From positions 84,568,001-84,632,000 of the forward strand of contig OZ024741.1 in NCBI GenBank assembly GCA_964016885.1: a stretch of 64,000 bases of DNA, in the 5' to 3' direction. The translations under genes were made by a program, and so were the position numbers. This document shows, in pieces, positions 16,505-29,152 of the stretch. Positions within the stretch are counted from its first letter, which is position 1. Each line of letters opens with the position of its first letter. Origin of the DNA: Eledone cirrhosa (lineage: Eukaryota). The notes below the pieces were generated by a model. It ran no database searches and was not told where the DNA came from. It saw only the letters and a list, made by a program, of their open reading frames with translations.

Positions 16505-17835
16505 CAATATAAACAGTTTTATAGATAAATAGATTCGACATACCGTAACAACATCTACTTGGGAAGGTTGATTTGGTTGTGACAAAATTGTACACAGAGA
16601 GAAAGAAAGAGAGAGAGAGAAAGAGAGAAAAAGATAGAAAAAAGGAAAGAAAGACAGAAAACGAAGAAAAAGAAAAAGAAGAAATGCATGGAACAAAATA
16701 GAGAGATGGAAAGATAGATAAAGAGAAGAAACTTCATGTAAAGAAACAGAGAGAGATATATATATATATATATAGAGGAAATAGAGATAGATACATATAT
16801 AAAAACTGTTGAATAACGTATCAATGATACATTTATTTATTTATCTATTTATTTAGCTCTAGTATTAATGTAAGGGAGATATATGGAGGGAAAACCAGCT
16901 GTTATATAGGGAGAGAAAAAATATAGAGAGAGAAAAAAAGAGAGAGAGAAAATTCAAAAATATCCAGACACAGGCGAGGCGTACAAACCTCTGTTTTAAT
17001 GTAGAGGTACTAGTATTTACAAAACCAGCCTCTGCATTGCAAATATCAGTATTCCTGAATGAGATATGTATCCACAATGTGTGAAAATTAATGATCTTAT
17101 GTTTAGTTTTTTAAAAAATTCATATGTTTATGTGATAATTACAAACATCTATGTGAATGTACATGATCAATTCTGCAAACCCTAAGTTCACGGAAAGTAT
17201 TCTCAATGCGGTATAAAAATTTAAGTATACATATATGTGTATATAGAGTCAAAATTACTATTTCCGTCTCTACTCTACAAGATTATCTATCAAGCAAAGA
17301 TAGAGCAGATTTCAACATACTAATAAAAATAAAAATATATCGGAAAACAAAACTAAACTAAAAATAACAATAATAATAATAAGTAATAATAAAATAGAAA
17401 ACTAAGAAATATTACGAAAGAATATTACATATTAAAAATATTACATATTAAAAATTTACATATTAAAAATATTAAAAAATAAAAATTAGGAAATACTACA
17501 GTAATAAAAATAAAATAAACCACAAAGATCAACCCTTCAAAATTAATTGACAATATATTGCCAAGTTCATTATAAACATCAGAGTCGAAAAACAGATAAA
17601 GCCAAAAATTATCTATCAAATCGCAGCCCAATTTGGTCTACATGTGTTCTTATATTTAATATAGAAGTTTATCTAGTGTAACATTTATTCGAAATATTTG
17701 GAGCATCAACTTTTAAGATAGCTTAATTTTCCATGAAGAATGTTTAAATAAATAAAATTAAAATAAAAAGAGTAAAAAGAGAATCAAAGATTTATCGGCT
17801 AGTTTCCCATATAATTATAAATCAAACTAAATATA

Positions 17836-20049
17836 CTACATTTTAAATTTAAATTTATACTTAAACGTTGAGTTTAATCTATGTTTGCAACAACTGAATA
17901 AATTTGTCCGTAGATTAAGGGAATTTTTAGATTTTAGTATAAAGAATATCTCCTCTGCGCAGAGGTCACATGTCTCAGAGGATGAATTAAAAGGAATCCC
18001 TCTTGAGACTATATTCCAAGCCGTCGAATATCTAACGTTATCTAGCTTAAGTTGCCATAGTACGCCTGATAGTGCCGTTGAAGATTTTTTACTTGGATCT
18101 GTGAAAGAATTCTTGTGGTTATTATAGCGAAGTTTAAATTCCGTCGATGTGGAACCGACGTAGTTAAAAGAATTAGAGTCAGTATTAACATTACAATTGT
18201 ATACTATATTTTTAACTAAGCAGTTGTTATTTAACGGACATTTAGATCTATCTCTACAGTTACATTTGTTAACTTTTATATTATTTATGCTGTTATCACT
18301 AGGTTTTAAGTTCCTATTATTTATTCTATTGATATTTTGTGCTAAATTTTTGGTGGATGAGTAGGTTAATTTAATTGTATGTCTATTGAAAATTGAGTGA
18401 TATCTATGTGTTCTAGGGAAGCGATTATCAAGAGCTTTAAAAAATAGTTTAGCGATGTGGATTTTAATGTTTAGTGAGAAAGGGGGGGCAAACCAAATTA
18501 TGTTCCTAGTTCTATTTCTTTTTTGGCCTTTGGAATTGTTGTAATGCTTTCTATTATAGTTGTTAAGGATGTTGCCGTAATTAAAAAAGTTGTTACTTTG
18601 TTTAGTTTGTCTATCATTATCTATGTACACAATCTTATCAGCATATCCTGCTCTAGCTAATGCTTCATTGTAGTATTGGGCTTTTTCGTCGAAAATCTTT
18701 CTATTCGACGAGATCCTAGAGATACGTTTTTGGACAGAGTTTACTATAGTGTTTTTGACAGATCTGGGGTGGTTAGAGTTAAAGTTTACATAGTTTAAGT
18801 TTTCATTCAACTTGTGAAAAGGATAGTGAAGACATGTGTTGAGATTTAATGTTATATCTAGGAAATTGACGATTCTATGGTTGTTTTCAATTTCTATTTT
18901 AAGATTAAAGTAATTAAAAAATTGTGTAATTTGTTTACATTTTCTATTTAGTTCAGAGTTATTATTATCAATAAGTAAAAGCATGTCGTCTCTATATAAA
19001 CCTCCGGTAGTACCGGGTATTTTCCTATGTAGCGAATTGATTAAAAATAAACCCACAAGGTCAGTTACCTGGGCTGAGTCGGATGGTCCCATAGTAATGT
19101 CAAAATTGCTATCTCTATCTGCTCTGGTCCATAGTTGGTCATTAAATTCAATCAAAGTTTTCCTAGCCGATAATATAATATGCATTTCATTGCTAGTTAG
19201 GTCAGTATGTTTGAATGCGTAATTTAGTGCCTTATTTAGTAGATTAGGGGTAATAGAAGAATAATAGTTAGCTATATCAAGTTGAATAAACTTATTATTA
19301 TTATTATATTTAATTTGCTTAAACCACTCAACGACTTCTCCAGTTCCCTTCCACAAGCTCAGGTTAGATAAACAATCCAAGTTCTTAATTTGCCGTATCA
19401 CCCTGTCAAGAATGTTTTTGCTTAATTTGCCCAGGTCCGATTTTGATGGTGCGATCAATCTAACTGGCAGGTCATTTTCAAAATTCCGCTTGTGATCTTT
19501 CATATTGATCTTCGGTTTCCTGGGCACGAAAGGTTGTGTTCTGTTCTCAATTTCCAACTCGTGCATTATACAAGATGCTTCAACATTCATTTTCTCAAGC
19601 TCGGCCTTATCTGCTACCTTGTACTTTTTCCTCAGCTCTTTCAGTATGAGGCCATTATACATGTCTTTCTGCACTCCATAGAGGTTGTTGGTCTTGTCAG
19701 ATTTCACCAAGATCTTCTCAGTTTTCTCTAAGCTCTCAATGTTATCCTTAATGCCTTTCAGATATTCCTGGCCTTTGAAGTTTCTCTTGAATTTGACCCC
19801 TTGTATGATAGAAATTATATCGTTTTCAAAGTCATATAAAAGTTTGTTAGGGGGTGGATTTCTTTTAGATTTGAAAACTTTGTTTAAGTCCGAGACATTT
19901 TCGTTTGTATTAGATTTATCAAAGTGGAATGCTCGCCACCTGATTCTCCTTATAAAAGAGTCAGATTTATCTATTAATTGTTTTATAAAGTCTTTGTTTC
20001 TAGGTAGAGGTATGTCTTTTAAAGAGGAAGTAATCTTAAAGAATTCCAT
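17836..20049 (-). CDS. Penelope-like RT plus GIY-YIG endonuclease, intact, 737 aa from ATG 20049
   Basis: QLDIANYYSSI, FDITMG, GGLYRDD, VNFLDITL, SNHP thumb, CNCRDRSKCPL linker, NIVY..YVGST..R.NNH, CDLC.EE, CKH; no stops. Confidence 0.95.
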   Translation of the reverse strand: MEFFKITSSLKDIPLPRNKDFIKQLIDKSDSFIRRIRWRAFHFDKSNTNENVSDLNKVFKSKRNPPPNKLLYDFENDIISIIQGVKFKRNFKGQEYLKGIKDNIESLEKTEKILVKSDKTNNLYGVQKDMYNGLILKELRKKYKVADKAELEKMNVEASCIMHELEIENRTQPFVPRKPKINMKDHKRNFENDLPVRLIAPSKSDLGKLSKNILDRVIRQIKNLDCLSNLSLWKGTGEVVEWFKQIKYNNNNKFIQLDIANYYSSITPNLLNKALNYAFKHTDLTSNEMHIILSARKTLIEFNDQLWTRADRDSNFDITMGPSDSAQVTDLVGLFLINSLHRKIPGTTGGLYRDDMLLLIDNNNSELNRKCKQITQFFNYFNLKIEIENNHRIVNFLDITLNLNTCLHYPFHKLNENLNYVNFNSNHPRSVKNTIVNSVQKRISRISSNRKIFDEKAQYYNEALARAGYADKIVYIDNDRQTKQSNNFFNYGNILNNYNRKHYNNSKGQKRNRTRNIIWFAPPFSLNIKIHIAKLFFKALDNRFPRTHRYHSIFNRHTIKLTYSSTKNLAQNINRINNRNLKPSDNSINNIKVNKCNCRDRSKCPLNNNCLVKNIVYNCNVNTDSNSFNYVGSTSTEFKLRYNNHKNSFTDPSKKSSTALSGVLWQLKLDNVRYSTAWNIVSRGIPFNSSSETCDLCAEEIFFILKSKNSLNLRTNLFSCCKHRLNSTFKYKFKFKM

Positions 20050-20226
20050 TTTCCAGTTATAATATAAAGCGCTCAACAATATTGGAGCAAGATATATGGA
20101 AAGTTATATTTAAATTGTTGTGTTACAACTAGTAAATATTTATAACTGATATAAAAGCACTCGACAAATATTTGGAGTATATTTACAATATTAAATAAAT
20201 GGAAACTATATTTATAAAACCATATT

Positions 20227-20292
20227 TATTTCATTATATATATTTCAGGGATAACATATTAACAATATGCTATGCCTTCCTCAGACAAAATA
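20227..20292 (-). ncRNA. Hammerhead ribozyme, upstream tandem pLTR of PLE-2
   Basis: Same sequence as 16439-16504. Confidence 0.8.
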
Positions 20293-21533
20293 CAATATAA
20301 ACAGTTTTATAGATAAATAGATTCGACATACCGTAACAACATCTACTTGGAAGGTTGATTTAGATAAACTTCTATATTAAATATAAGAACACATGTAGAC
20401 CAAATTGGGCTGCGATTTGATAGATAATTTTTGGCTTTATCTGTTTTTCGACTCTGATGTTTATAATGAACTTGGCAATATATTGTCAATTAATTTTGAA
20501 GGGTTGATCTTTGTGGTTTATTTTATTTTTATTACTGTAGTATTTCCTAATTTTTATTTTTTAATATTTTTAATATGTAAATTTTTAATATGTAATATTT
20601 TTAATATGTAATATTCTTTCGTAATATTTCTTAGTTTTCTATTTTATTATTACTTATTATTATTATTGTTATTTTTAGTTTAGTTTTGTTTTCCGATATA
20701 TTTTTATATTTATTAGTATGTTGAAATCTGCTCTATCTTTGCTTGATAGATAATCTTGTAGAGTAGAGACGGAAATAATAATTTTGACTCTATATACACA
20801 TATATGTATACTTAAATTTTTATACCGCATTGAGAATACTTTCCGTGAACTTAGGGTTTGCAGAATTGATCATGTACATTCACATAGATGTTTGTAATTA
20901 TCACATAAACATATGAATTTTTTAAAAAACTAAACATAAGATCATTAATTTTCACACATTGTGGATACATATCTCATTCAGGAATACTGATATTTGCAAT
21001 GCAGAGGCTGGTTTTGTAAATACTAGTACCTCTACATTAAAACAGAGGTTTGTACGCCTCGCCTGTGTCTGGATATTTTTGAATTTTCTCTCTCTCTTTT
21101 TTTCTCTCTCTCTATTTTTTCTCTCCCTATATAACAGCTGGTTTTCCCTCCATATATCTCCCTTACATTAATACTAGAGCTAAATAAATAGATAAATAAA
21201 TAAATGTATCATTGATACGTTATTCAACAGTTTTTATATATGTATCTATCTCTATTTCCTCTCTCTCTCTCTCTATATATATATATCTCTGTTTCTTTAC
21301 ATGAAGTTTCTTCTCTTTATCTATCTTTCCATCTCTCTATTTTGTTCCATGCATTTCTTCTTTTTCTTTTTCTTCGTTTTCTGTCTTTCTTTCCTTTTTT
21401 CTATCTTTTTCTCTCTTTCTCTCTCTCTCTTTCTTTCTCTCTGTGTACAATTTTGTCACAACCAAATCAACCTTCCCAAGTAGATGTTGTTACGGTATGT
21501 CGAATCTATTTATCTATAAAACTGTTTATATTG

Positions 21534-21599
21534 TATTTTGTCTCAGGAAGGCATAGCATATTGTTAATATGTTATCCCTGAAATATATATAATGAAATA
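21534..21599 (+). ncRNA. Hammerhead copy in inverted pLTR with core mutation CTGAGGA to CTCAGGA
   Basis: Same fold, G5 changed to C at 21544. Confidence 0.7.
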
Positions 21600-21763
21600 A
21601 ATATGGTTTTATAAATATAGTTTCCATTTATTTAATATTGTATATATATATATATACATATATATTCAATTGAAGAACGTTGGTTGATTAAAAATCTGCC
21701 GACGTTTTCTTGATGGATGTACAGATCTCCACGATTTTTGTTCATCCGGAGTTTTATTATAAT

Positions 21764-22048
21764 AATTGTTTCTACTCTTGGCACAAGGCCAGCAAATACC
21801 CAGTGCATTACTGGTACTTTATTTTATCGACCTTGTAAGGATGAAAAGCAAAGTTAACCTCGACGTGATTTGAACTCAAACCATAAAGGTAGGTAACTCT
21901 ATGCTTCAAATCATGGCGTCCGACCCTCTACCGATACTGCCAATAATAATTGTTTCTACTTTTGGCAGAAGGCCAGCAATTACCCAGTACATTACTGGTA
22001 CTTTATTTTATCGACCCCGTAAGGATGAAAGGCAAAGTTAACCTCGGC
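21764..22048 (-). mobile_element. Two adjacent tRNA-derived SINE copies (21764-21942 near full; 21948-22048 5'-truncated)
   Basis: Match to the family at 6201 and 11238. Confidence 0.88.
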
Positions 22049-22235
22049 AATAATAAACAAGAAAAACGGTTTCATTTGTACATCCATATTAATTTTGTTA
22101 TACGTATTGCAAAGAAGTATGGCAGCTTTATAACAGCTGCCCTGCGTGTCCTCTTCAGACAAAAATCCATTCGAGATGTAAATATCCATTGATATGTTGC
22201 ATGTCATACGTATTATTCCCTTTGCCAACCAGTAA

Positions 22236-22286
<51 letters not shown>

Positions 22287-22288
22287 TA

Positions 22289-22562
22289 TAAAGATGTCCC
22301 CACGGGTTCCATTATTGATTTTTATTGAAATCCAATGAGGCAGTCCTGTTACTGAATATTAGCTTAACATGTGTGTAAAGTTTTATCAGGATAGGATCAC
22401 TGGTGTAGGTGCCAACTGGTTATACACTGTATACAGATACACAGAGAGACAGAAATTGATCCTGATAAAACTTTACACACATGTTAAGCTAATATTCAGT
22501 AACAGGACTGCCTCATTGGATTTCAATAAAAATCAATAATGGAACCCCTGGGGACATCTTTA
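22289..22562. repeat. Inverted repeat with about 104-bp arms (22289-22392 and 22459-22562) next to (TA)n
   Basis: taaagatgtcccc...ttttatcaggat versus atcctgataaaa...ggggacatcttta. Confidence 0.88.
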
Positions 22563-22779
22563 CAATTGAAGAGGAAAGAGAAGACGTTTCAGTGAGAGAG
22601 GGGGGAAGAGCAGATACTACTACTGTATGTTAAACCCTCCCTCCCACTACTCCCCTTCTTTCTCACACAACTCAGTCCTCCAAAACGAGGCAACAACTGT
22701 AGAGAAACAGGTGAGGGTATGAGAAAAATGTGAGAGAGGGGCAAAAAGTACCGACCCATTGCAGGTCAGAACCTGATGT

Positions 22780-24848
22780 ATAAGATGTATACAGCCTTCC
22801 TGAACCTATTTCTCCAAGACCACTGATGAACAAGCAGCTGGAAAGAAAGTTATCTGGCGGTGTGCTGAACAAAACTGCGATGTTGGTGGTGCGACTACTT
22901 AGGAGGAATATGGCTACAGTCTGGTTGGACTACAGGAAAGCTTTCGATTCTGTTCCCCACTCTTGGATGATAGAGGCCCTCCGACTTGCTAAAGTCCTAG
23001 ACATTGTTATCAGAGCCATAGAGAAGTTGTCTTCTTCTTGTGCTACTATCCTAAAGTTAAAAACAGAGAAGGAGGACTCTATTTTCAGTAATAAAATAGA
23101 ATATGACAGGGCTATATTTGAAGGAGACAGTCTCTTTGTGATACAATTTATCCTCTCATTAAACCCCTTGTCCTTTCTGCTCAAGAAATGTGAAGGATGC
23201 ATCATTGGCTCACAGGAGGACAGAAATACAAACCTACCCCATAATTTCTTTGTGGATGATCTGAAACTCTATGTCAAGAACATAGATGGGATGAAGAAAA
23301 ATCTTGGTCTGGTTTCAACAGTCTCAAAGGATATAGGAATGGACTTTGACCAAGATACGTGTTCATATATGACAGTAAAGTGGGGGAAAAACTACAACCC
23401 AATCTAGGACTGCTACAAATACCTGGGGATAGATGAGAACATATCCTATAATGGTATTTCTAATAAGGAACGCGTAACCAGGGAATATTACACTCGATTA
23501 AGAAAAATATGGTCATCGGAAGTCTCTGCCAACAATAAAACAGTGGCTCACAATAGGTTTGCTGTGCTTCTCCTAACACCAACGTTTGTAATACTCGACT
23601 GGATGATAGACGAAATCCGAGCAATTGATGTTAGGATTCGAAAAATACTAAACAACACCGGAAACTTACACATCAATAGTGACATAGACCACCTTTACTT
23701 GAAACGTAAGCAGGGAGGCAGAGGCCTAACATCAGTCCAGACAGCATTTGAATGTCGCATCACATCCCTCCGACAACATCTATCCAGCAAGTCTATCTGC
23801 AAGAGACAGATAAGATCATGACAGTTGGTAAGGAACTCTTTGAAAGATATTCCCTGCATGACAATCGAAAACTCACACCCAGGGAAGTTGCCCAGCAGTA
23901 CTGCAGTGAATCTATGGATGGAAAACTGCATGCTTATCAACAAAAAATCATGCATGGATATGTCGCCAAGAAGCTCTAGAGTGAGAGTAATATAGATAAA
24001 GAACATAGTCTATCTTTGACCAACAACCGCCATATTGGCTCCCACTTTGAAGGATACGCTTTTGCAATCCAAGAACAGGAAATCAACACAAAATACCTGA
24101 TTCACAACAGAGATAGGGATGCAGGCAAAACACCTAGATGTGACAAATGCAGACTCTGCAGAATTAAAATCGAAGATGTCACCCATGTCATCAGCAGCTG
24201 TCCAAAGATGACATCACGGTACTATCTACCTATTATGAGGCATGATGTAGTGGACAAAACACTGTACAATGCAATCCGCAGAAAACATAGCCCCGACAAT
24301 AAACGCATTAAAAGCTACAGCAATGTGGAAGACAAACTTATACATAATATGAAAGAGTACTGCTGGAATGTTCCAGTAAAATCCCCCAATAAAATGCAGG
24401 CATAACAGACCAGATATTATGATATTATGATATAATTCCCGTGTGATTATTGGGGCACTGGGATATATTAGTAACTGCCTCAATAAAATCTTGGGAAGCT
24501 GGGCTTCACAGAAAGAAAAAGAACACAACTAGTTAGGAAATTACAAGTACAATCCATTAATGGAACAGTAAAATATGTAAAATATTCAAAAAATTCTGCA
24601 TCTAATAACTGCATATACACTTGTACAGATTCAAAGCATATGCACATGCACACATACAACTCAAAACATCCACATCCACACAGTAACATCCATACCTGCA
24701 CACTCATGCATGCATGCATGCATGCAGACAAGCAGACATATCTACATAGTTGATGCTGTGTAAATCCCGATGGGAAGGTCTTGTATCTGTTAGAAACCGA
24801 CTCCCTCTCTATTGGCAAACATTTTTGAAATTATAAAAGCAGAAGAAC
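22780..24848 (+). mobile_element. Decayed R4/Dong-like non-LTR retrotransposon (RT plus restriction-like endonuclease), family B
   Basis: VWLDYRKAFDSVPHSW, IFEGDSL, FFVDDLKLY, R.QGGRGL, CRLC..HVISSC, RHD, HNRPDI; ends in (CATA)n. Confidence 0.88.
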
Positions 24849-24892
24849 ATACATACATACACACACACATACAAACATACATACATACACAC

Positions 24893-24927
<35 letters not shown>

Positions 24928-25240
24928 GCGGAAGTAGTTTATAAATATGGAAAATATAACAAAATATAAAAGTTGAATAAATTGATTAAAGATAGAACTT
25001 AAATGTCGTCAATTCAACTATTTTTGCAACGCAGTTGGTCCACAGACCGAGGCGTTAGACGTTTAATACAATCTTCTGCAGTATTCTTTCTAAGTTTCTG
25101 TGCTCTGGTTTCATATCCCACTGATGTAAACTTTGCATATAGTAATTTCGAGATTGAGAAATGTAGCATCACTTCACTGCTGGGTTTGATACTTCCCATG
25201 CATTTCTTTTTTACTTCTCTGCTGTATATTTCTCTCCCCC

Positions 25241-25322
<82 letters not shown>

Positions 25323-25900
25323 GACGTGTGTCTCAATCTACTGCTCTTTCTATGAATTATGTATACACACTTAAGCACACAACTATACGTACAATCACAT
25401 ATGCCCTTCATCAATACTTCAAACTTAATTTACGAGAAAGTGTAGCGTTATCTTATCTGTTGTTTCTAACATAAGCACAAAACCAGCGATTGCGCGGATC
25501 ACAAATTCGATTAAATCCGCTCCAATTATTTACTGTTACTTTATGTTATCGACCACGGAATGAAATGAAGGAGATTTGAACTCAGTACCTAACAACAGCA
25601 ACAAATTGTATAATGATATTTCTAGATATTGCTACGCTCTATTTATAGAAAGAGGAGGTAGCCTCTGAAGAATGCAGCACAAATTCATTTAAAGAATTCA
25701 CGAATTAGTAAATGTATTCGTATGTTTATCTTTATTTGACAACCGTTATCGCATAAATGTCTGGAGGATTAAAACATTCGAGATAACATTCGACGGTATT
25801 TGATAATTATTGGAAATACTGGCGTCCACCTTACCGTTAAAAAGCAAATATCTAAATGCGACGTTCGCAAGTTCGTAATGGCAAGGATTATAATCCGTGT

Positions 25901-27839
25901 AACCGTGTAACAAAAAAAATGTTTTTCTCTGTTGCTGGATTGTAATCACTTTTTATGTGTTGCTTAGGTCCCAAATAAATAAAAAAAAAGTGCTATTAAA
26001 CAGTTAAAAGTTTGGGTTTGTAAAATTTCTAAGCTATTCACTAGAATTATTTGTATGCTGGATTTTACGTTTTATGTAAGTTTAATTTGTTTATGTTAAA
26101 TGATTTTTTATATATGTTTCAGGTTAAATTAAAATTATAAAATAAAGAGTAATACCTAAAGAAAATTATAAAAGTGCAATAAAGTATAAAATTGTTAAAA
26201 AGTGGATTAAAGAGATTTATTGATACGGGATTTTCGCACCCTGAATAAAGGGTAAGTTGTGTTTTAAGCACGAATTTTCATTAGTATGATTAGTGTTCTT
26301 TTATATTATTTAAATATGTTTTTCCCTTTCCAATATTTATTTTGTATTGCATACCAAATTTATTTTCCAAGACAAGATGGAGAGGAGGAGATGGATGCTG
26401 AGGACTTGGATTAACTGCCTGGGGTACCAGAAACAGTTCCTCACTTCCCAAACCAAAAAGAAGTCAATGACTTGGTCAGGGATATGGGTCTGACCAAGTC
26501 CAATGCAGAGCTATTCGCCTCCAGGATGATGCAGTGGAACTTGGTCAAGGAGGAAGTGCAGGTGAGAAGTCAGAGAAGTCGACACGAACCTTTCTCAGGC
26601 TTATACACTCTTAGGGATGGTCTCTGCTTCTGCCATGACGTGCCTGGACTGTTTAACGTTATTGGGGTGCTGTTTGTACCGTTTGTCCTCATCCACAATG
26701 AAAACAAGTTCCCGACACTGCCCCTAGCTCATTCAGTCTGCCTGAAGGAAGACTACTACAGTGTGAAAGTCCTCTTGGAATCTCTGCAATACAAATAGTA
26801 CAATTGGGAAATCATTGGAGACTTCAAGATGGTGGCTTTCCTGCTTGGACTCCAAGGAGGCTTTATCAAATTCCAATGCTTCCTCTGCCTTTGGGACAGC
26901 AGAGCCACCGCTGACCACTACAAAAAAAAGAACTGGGAGCAGCGAACAGAATTTTTAGTTGGGACCCGGAACATCATGTGGGAGCCGCTGGTTGATCCCA
27001 GAATTGGGCTCATGCGGCTACTGCACATTAAGTTGGGGTTGACGAAGCAGTGTGTGAAGGCTCTCAACCAAGAATCAACCGCTTTTAAGTACCTTCTTGA
27101 GTTCTTCCCCAAGTTATCTGAGGCCAAAATCAAAGGTGGAATTTTTGTTGGACCTCAGATAAAGAAGGTGTTTGAGTCTACCGAGTTCTCCAAGCTCAAT
27201 AGGATTGAGAGAACAGCATGGAACTGTTTCAAGGCAGTTGTTAAGGGCTTCCTGGGCAACTACAGAGCTGAAAACGACCAGCAACTGGTGCAGGATCGGA
27301 TAAAAGCTTTTGGCGCCATGGGATGCAGGATGTCACTTAAACTCCATATGCTCGACGCTCATCTGGAAACATTCAAGGAAAATATGGGCGCCTACTCAGA
27401 CGGACAAGGCGAACAATTCCACCAAGATGTGAAAGAGATAGAGCGAAGGTACCAGGACCACTACAATGAAAAAATGATGGGGGAATATGTCTGTGGGCTA
27501 GTGCGGGAATGCGACCTGGACTACAACCGCAAATCCAGGAAATCCAGTCATTTCTGACGTGTATAAGTTGCTTTATAAGTGTAATTTGTTTTTACTTGTT
27601 TGCTATTGATAAGCTTGTGTAATAAAATAAATATATACTCTGTTGATTTAATTATATGAACTGATAAATTTTTTTTAAATGTGTTATTTCTTGAAAAATA
27701 TGAAAATTTCGAAATATAAAACTCCTGACCACAAACCCAAACTTCTGATTAAATAATAGTGTTTTTTTTATAACACTGGGATATAAAAAACCATGAAATG
27801 ACACTTAGAATCGTGGAACAAAAAATATGTTACACGGTG
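25901..27839 (+). mobile_element. DNA transposon, Chapaev3-like (CMC), internally deleted
   Basis: Terminal inverted repeat accgtgtaaca / tgttacacggt(g); transposase remnant inside. Confidence 0.72.
26472..27557 (+). pseudogene. Chapaev3-like transposase with in-frame stop at about 26796
   Basis: GDFKMVAFLLGLQGG..CFLCLWDSRA, HIKLGL, GIFVGPQI, FLGN, MSLKLH.L..H, GAYSD..GEQFHQD..E.RYQ. Confidence 0.78.
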
Positions 27840-28241
27840 TTATGAGAAACAAAAACAAGTGTTACAGAAATCATGACGGCGTGATTATTCGCTTAATATG
27901 TGAGTGGACTCAAACAATTTTGTTCTGTGAAGAAACACACCTACTACCACAGCTGCTGCTACTTTATGACTTCATCTCTCTCTATATACACAAGAGTTCA
28001 TTCTCCAGTTTCCTGCCCAAAAAGGAGCCTAAAACATATTTTCCGTGCTATTTCCAACTTCACATTTTCTCTATAACCACTGTTTTGTATAGAACCTTAC
28101 TCCCCTTTTCTAATATATATATATTCATTTAAATAGGGTGGTTCACCACTGCATAGAACCAGTCTAGCCTCCTGTCATTTTAATCAATAATGTATATATA
28201 TATATATATATAGTTATGTAATAAACAACATAAGGTAATTA

Positions 28242-28302
28242 TTTCATTTACCAGTGGTTTCTTGAAAGGAAACAAATTTTGCTTTCAATCATCAGAATGA
28301 AA
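28242..28302 (-). ncRNA. Type I hammerhead ribozyme, left arm
   Basis: Reverse complement of 28388-28448. Confidence 0.85.
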
Positions 28303-28387
28303 AAATCCTGGTGTATTTATTGACATTGGATTTTAAATACAAAACATCTGTTTTTAAAATTCAATGTCAATAAATATACCAGGATTT

Positions 28388-28448
28388 TTTCATTCTGATG
28401 ATTGAAAGCAAAATTTGTTTCCTTTCAAGAAACCACTGGTAAATGAAA
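28388..28448 (+). ncRNA. Type I hammerhead ribozyme, right arm
   Basis: tttcatt-CTGATGA-ttgaaag..ctttcaa-GAAA-ccactgg-TA-aatgaaa; 7-bp stems I and II, GUA cleavage triplet. Confidence 0.85.
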
Positions 28449-29068
28449 TAATTACCTTATGTTGTTTATTACATAACTATTAAGCTCTGTAACCTACATA
28501 GAGCACTCTTTTATCCTGGACCTTTCCGACGGAATTACTTCACACACATATATATATTATATATATTGGTAAACGGAATAGAAAATGCTGACAAATTGTT
28601 CACAGTGAAAAATAGTTTAATTAGCAATAAGTGAGAATTAGTAATATTATTGGTTAGTATTCAGTTTTGGTTTTAAGTTTTACCGGTTGCGCATTTCTAA
28701 TGCTTTTCAAAAATAATTTTGAGATAGAGCGTCCGTGATGTTTGCTCTGATCTGATTAGTTTGGGGAATTCTACCTGTTTTTATGTTAAAAAAGTGGCTC
28801 CAGATGTATTAAAATAAGTTTTGCGCCAATTCGTGTTGCAAAAATTCTTGTGGTCAAAACAATTTTGATTGGTCGGTAGAGGTCATGTGAATTTAAAAAA
28901 TTGAATTTGCGCCAAATGTAGGTTTGTGTCGGCTGACTGAGAAATAAGTCTTTCACAACAAATATGTGTGTGTGTGTGTAGTAGTAGTAAAGAGGTTCGT
29001 TGTGATAATGGTCAGCAGGGATGTGTGTGCGAACCGCAGCCTGTTGACAGTTCAAATGCCTATTACGA

Positions 29069-29152
<84 letters not shown>

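Larger units (their letters stand above)
16309..21642 (-). mobile_element. PLE-2: full-length Penelope-like element (Hydra-clade-like) with partial tandem and inverted pLTRs
   Basis: (TA)n | tail plus pLTR 16309-17835 | intact ORF | direct partial pLTR 20093-20361 (copy of 16305-16574) | inverted pLTR 20361-21642 (copy of 17675-16396) | (TA)n. Confidence 0.96.
28210..28541 (+). mobile_element. About 330-bp fold-back mini-element with two hammerheads and a tail
   Basis: Arms 28210-28341 and 28349-28480, tail 28481-28541, (TA)n and (CA)(TA)n flanks. Confidence 0.88.
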
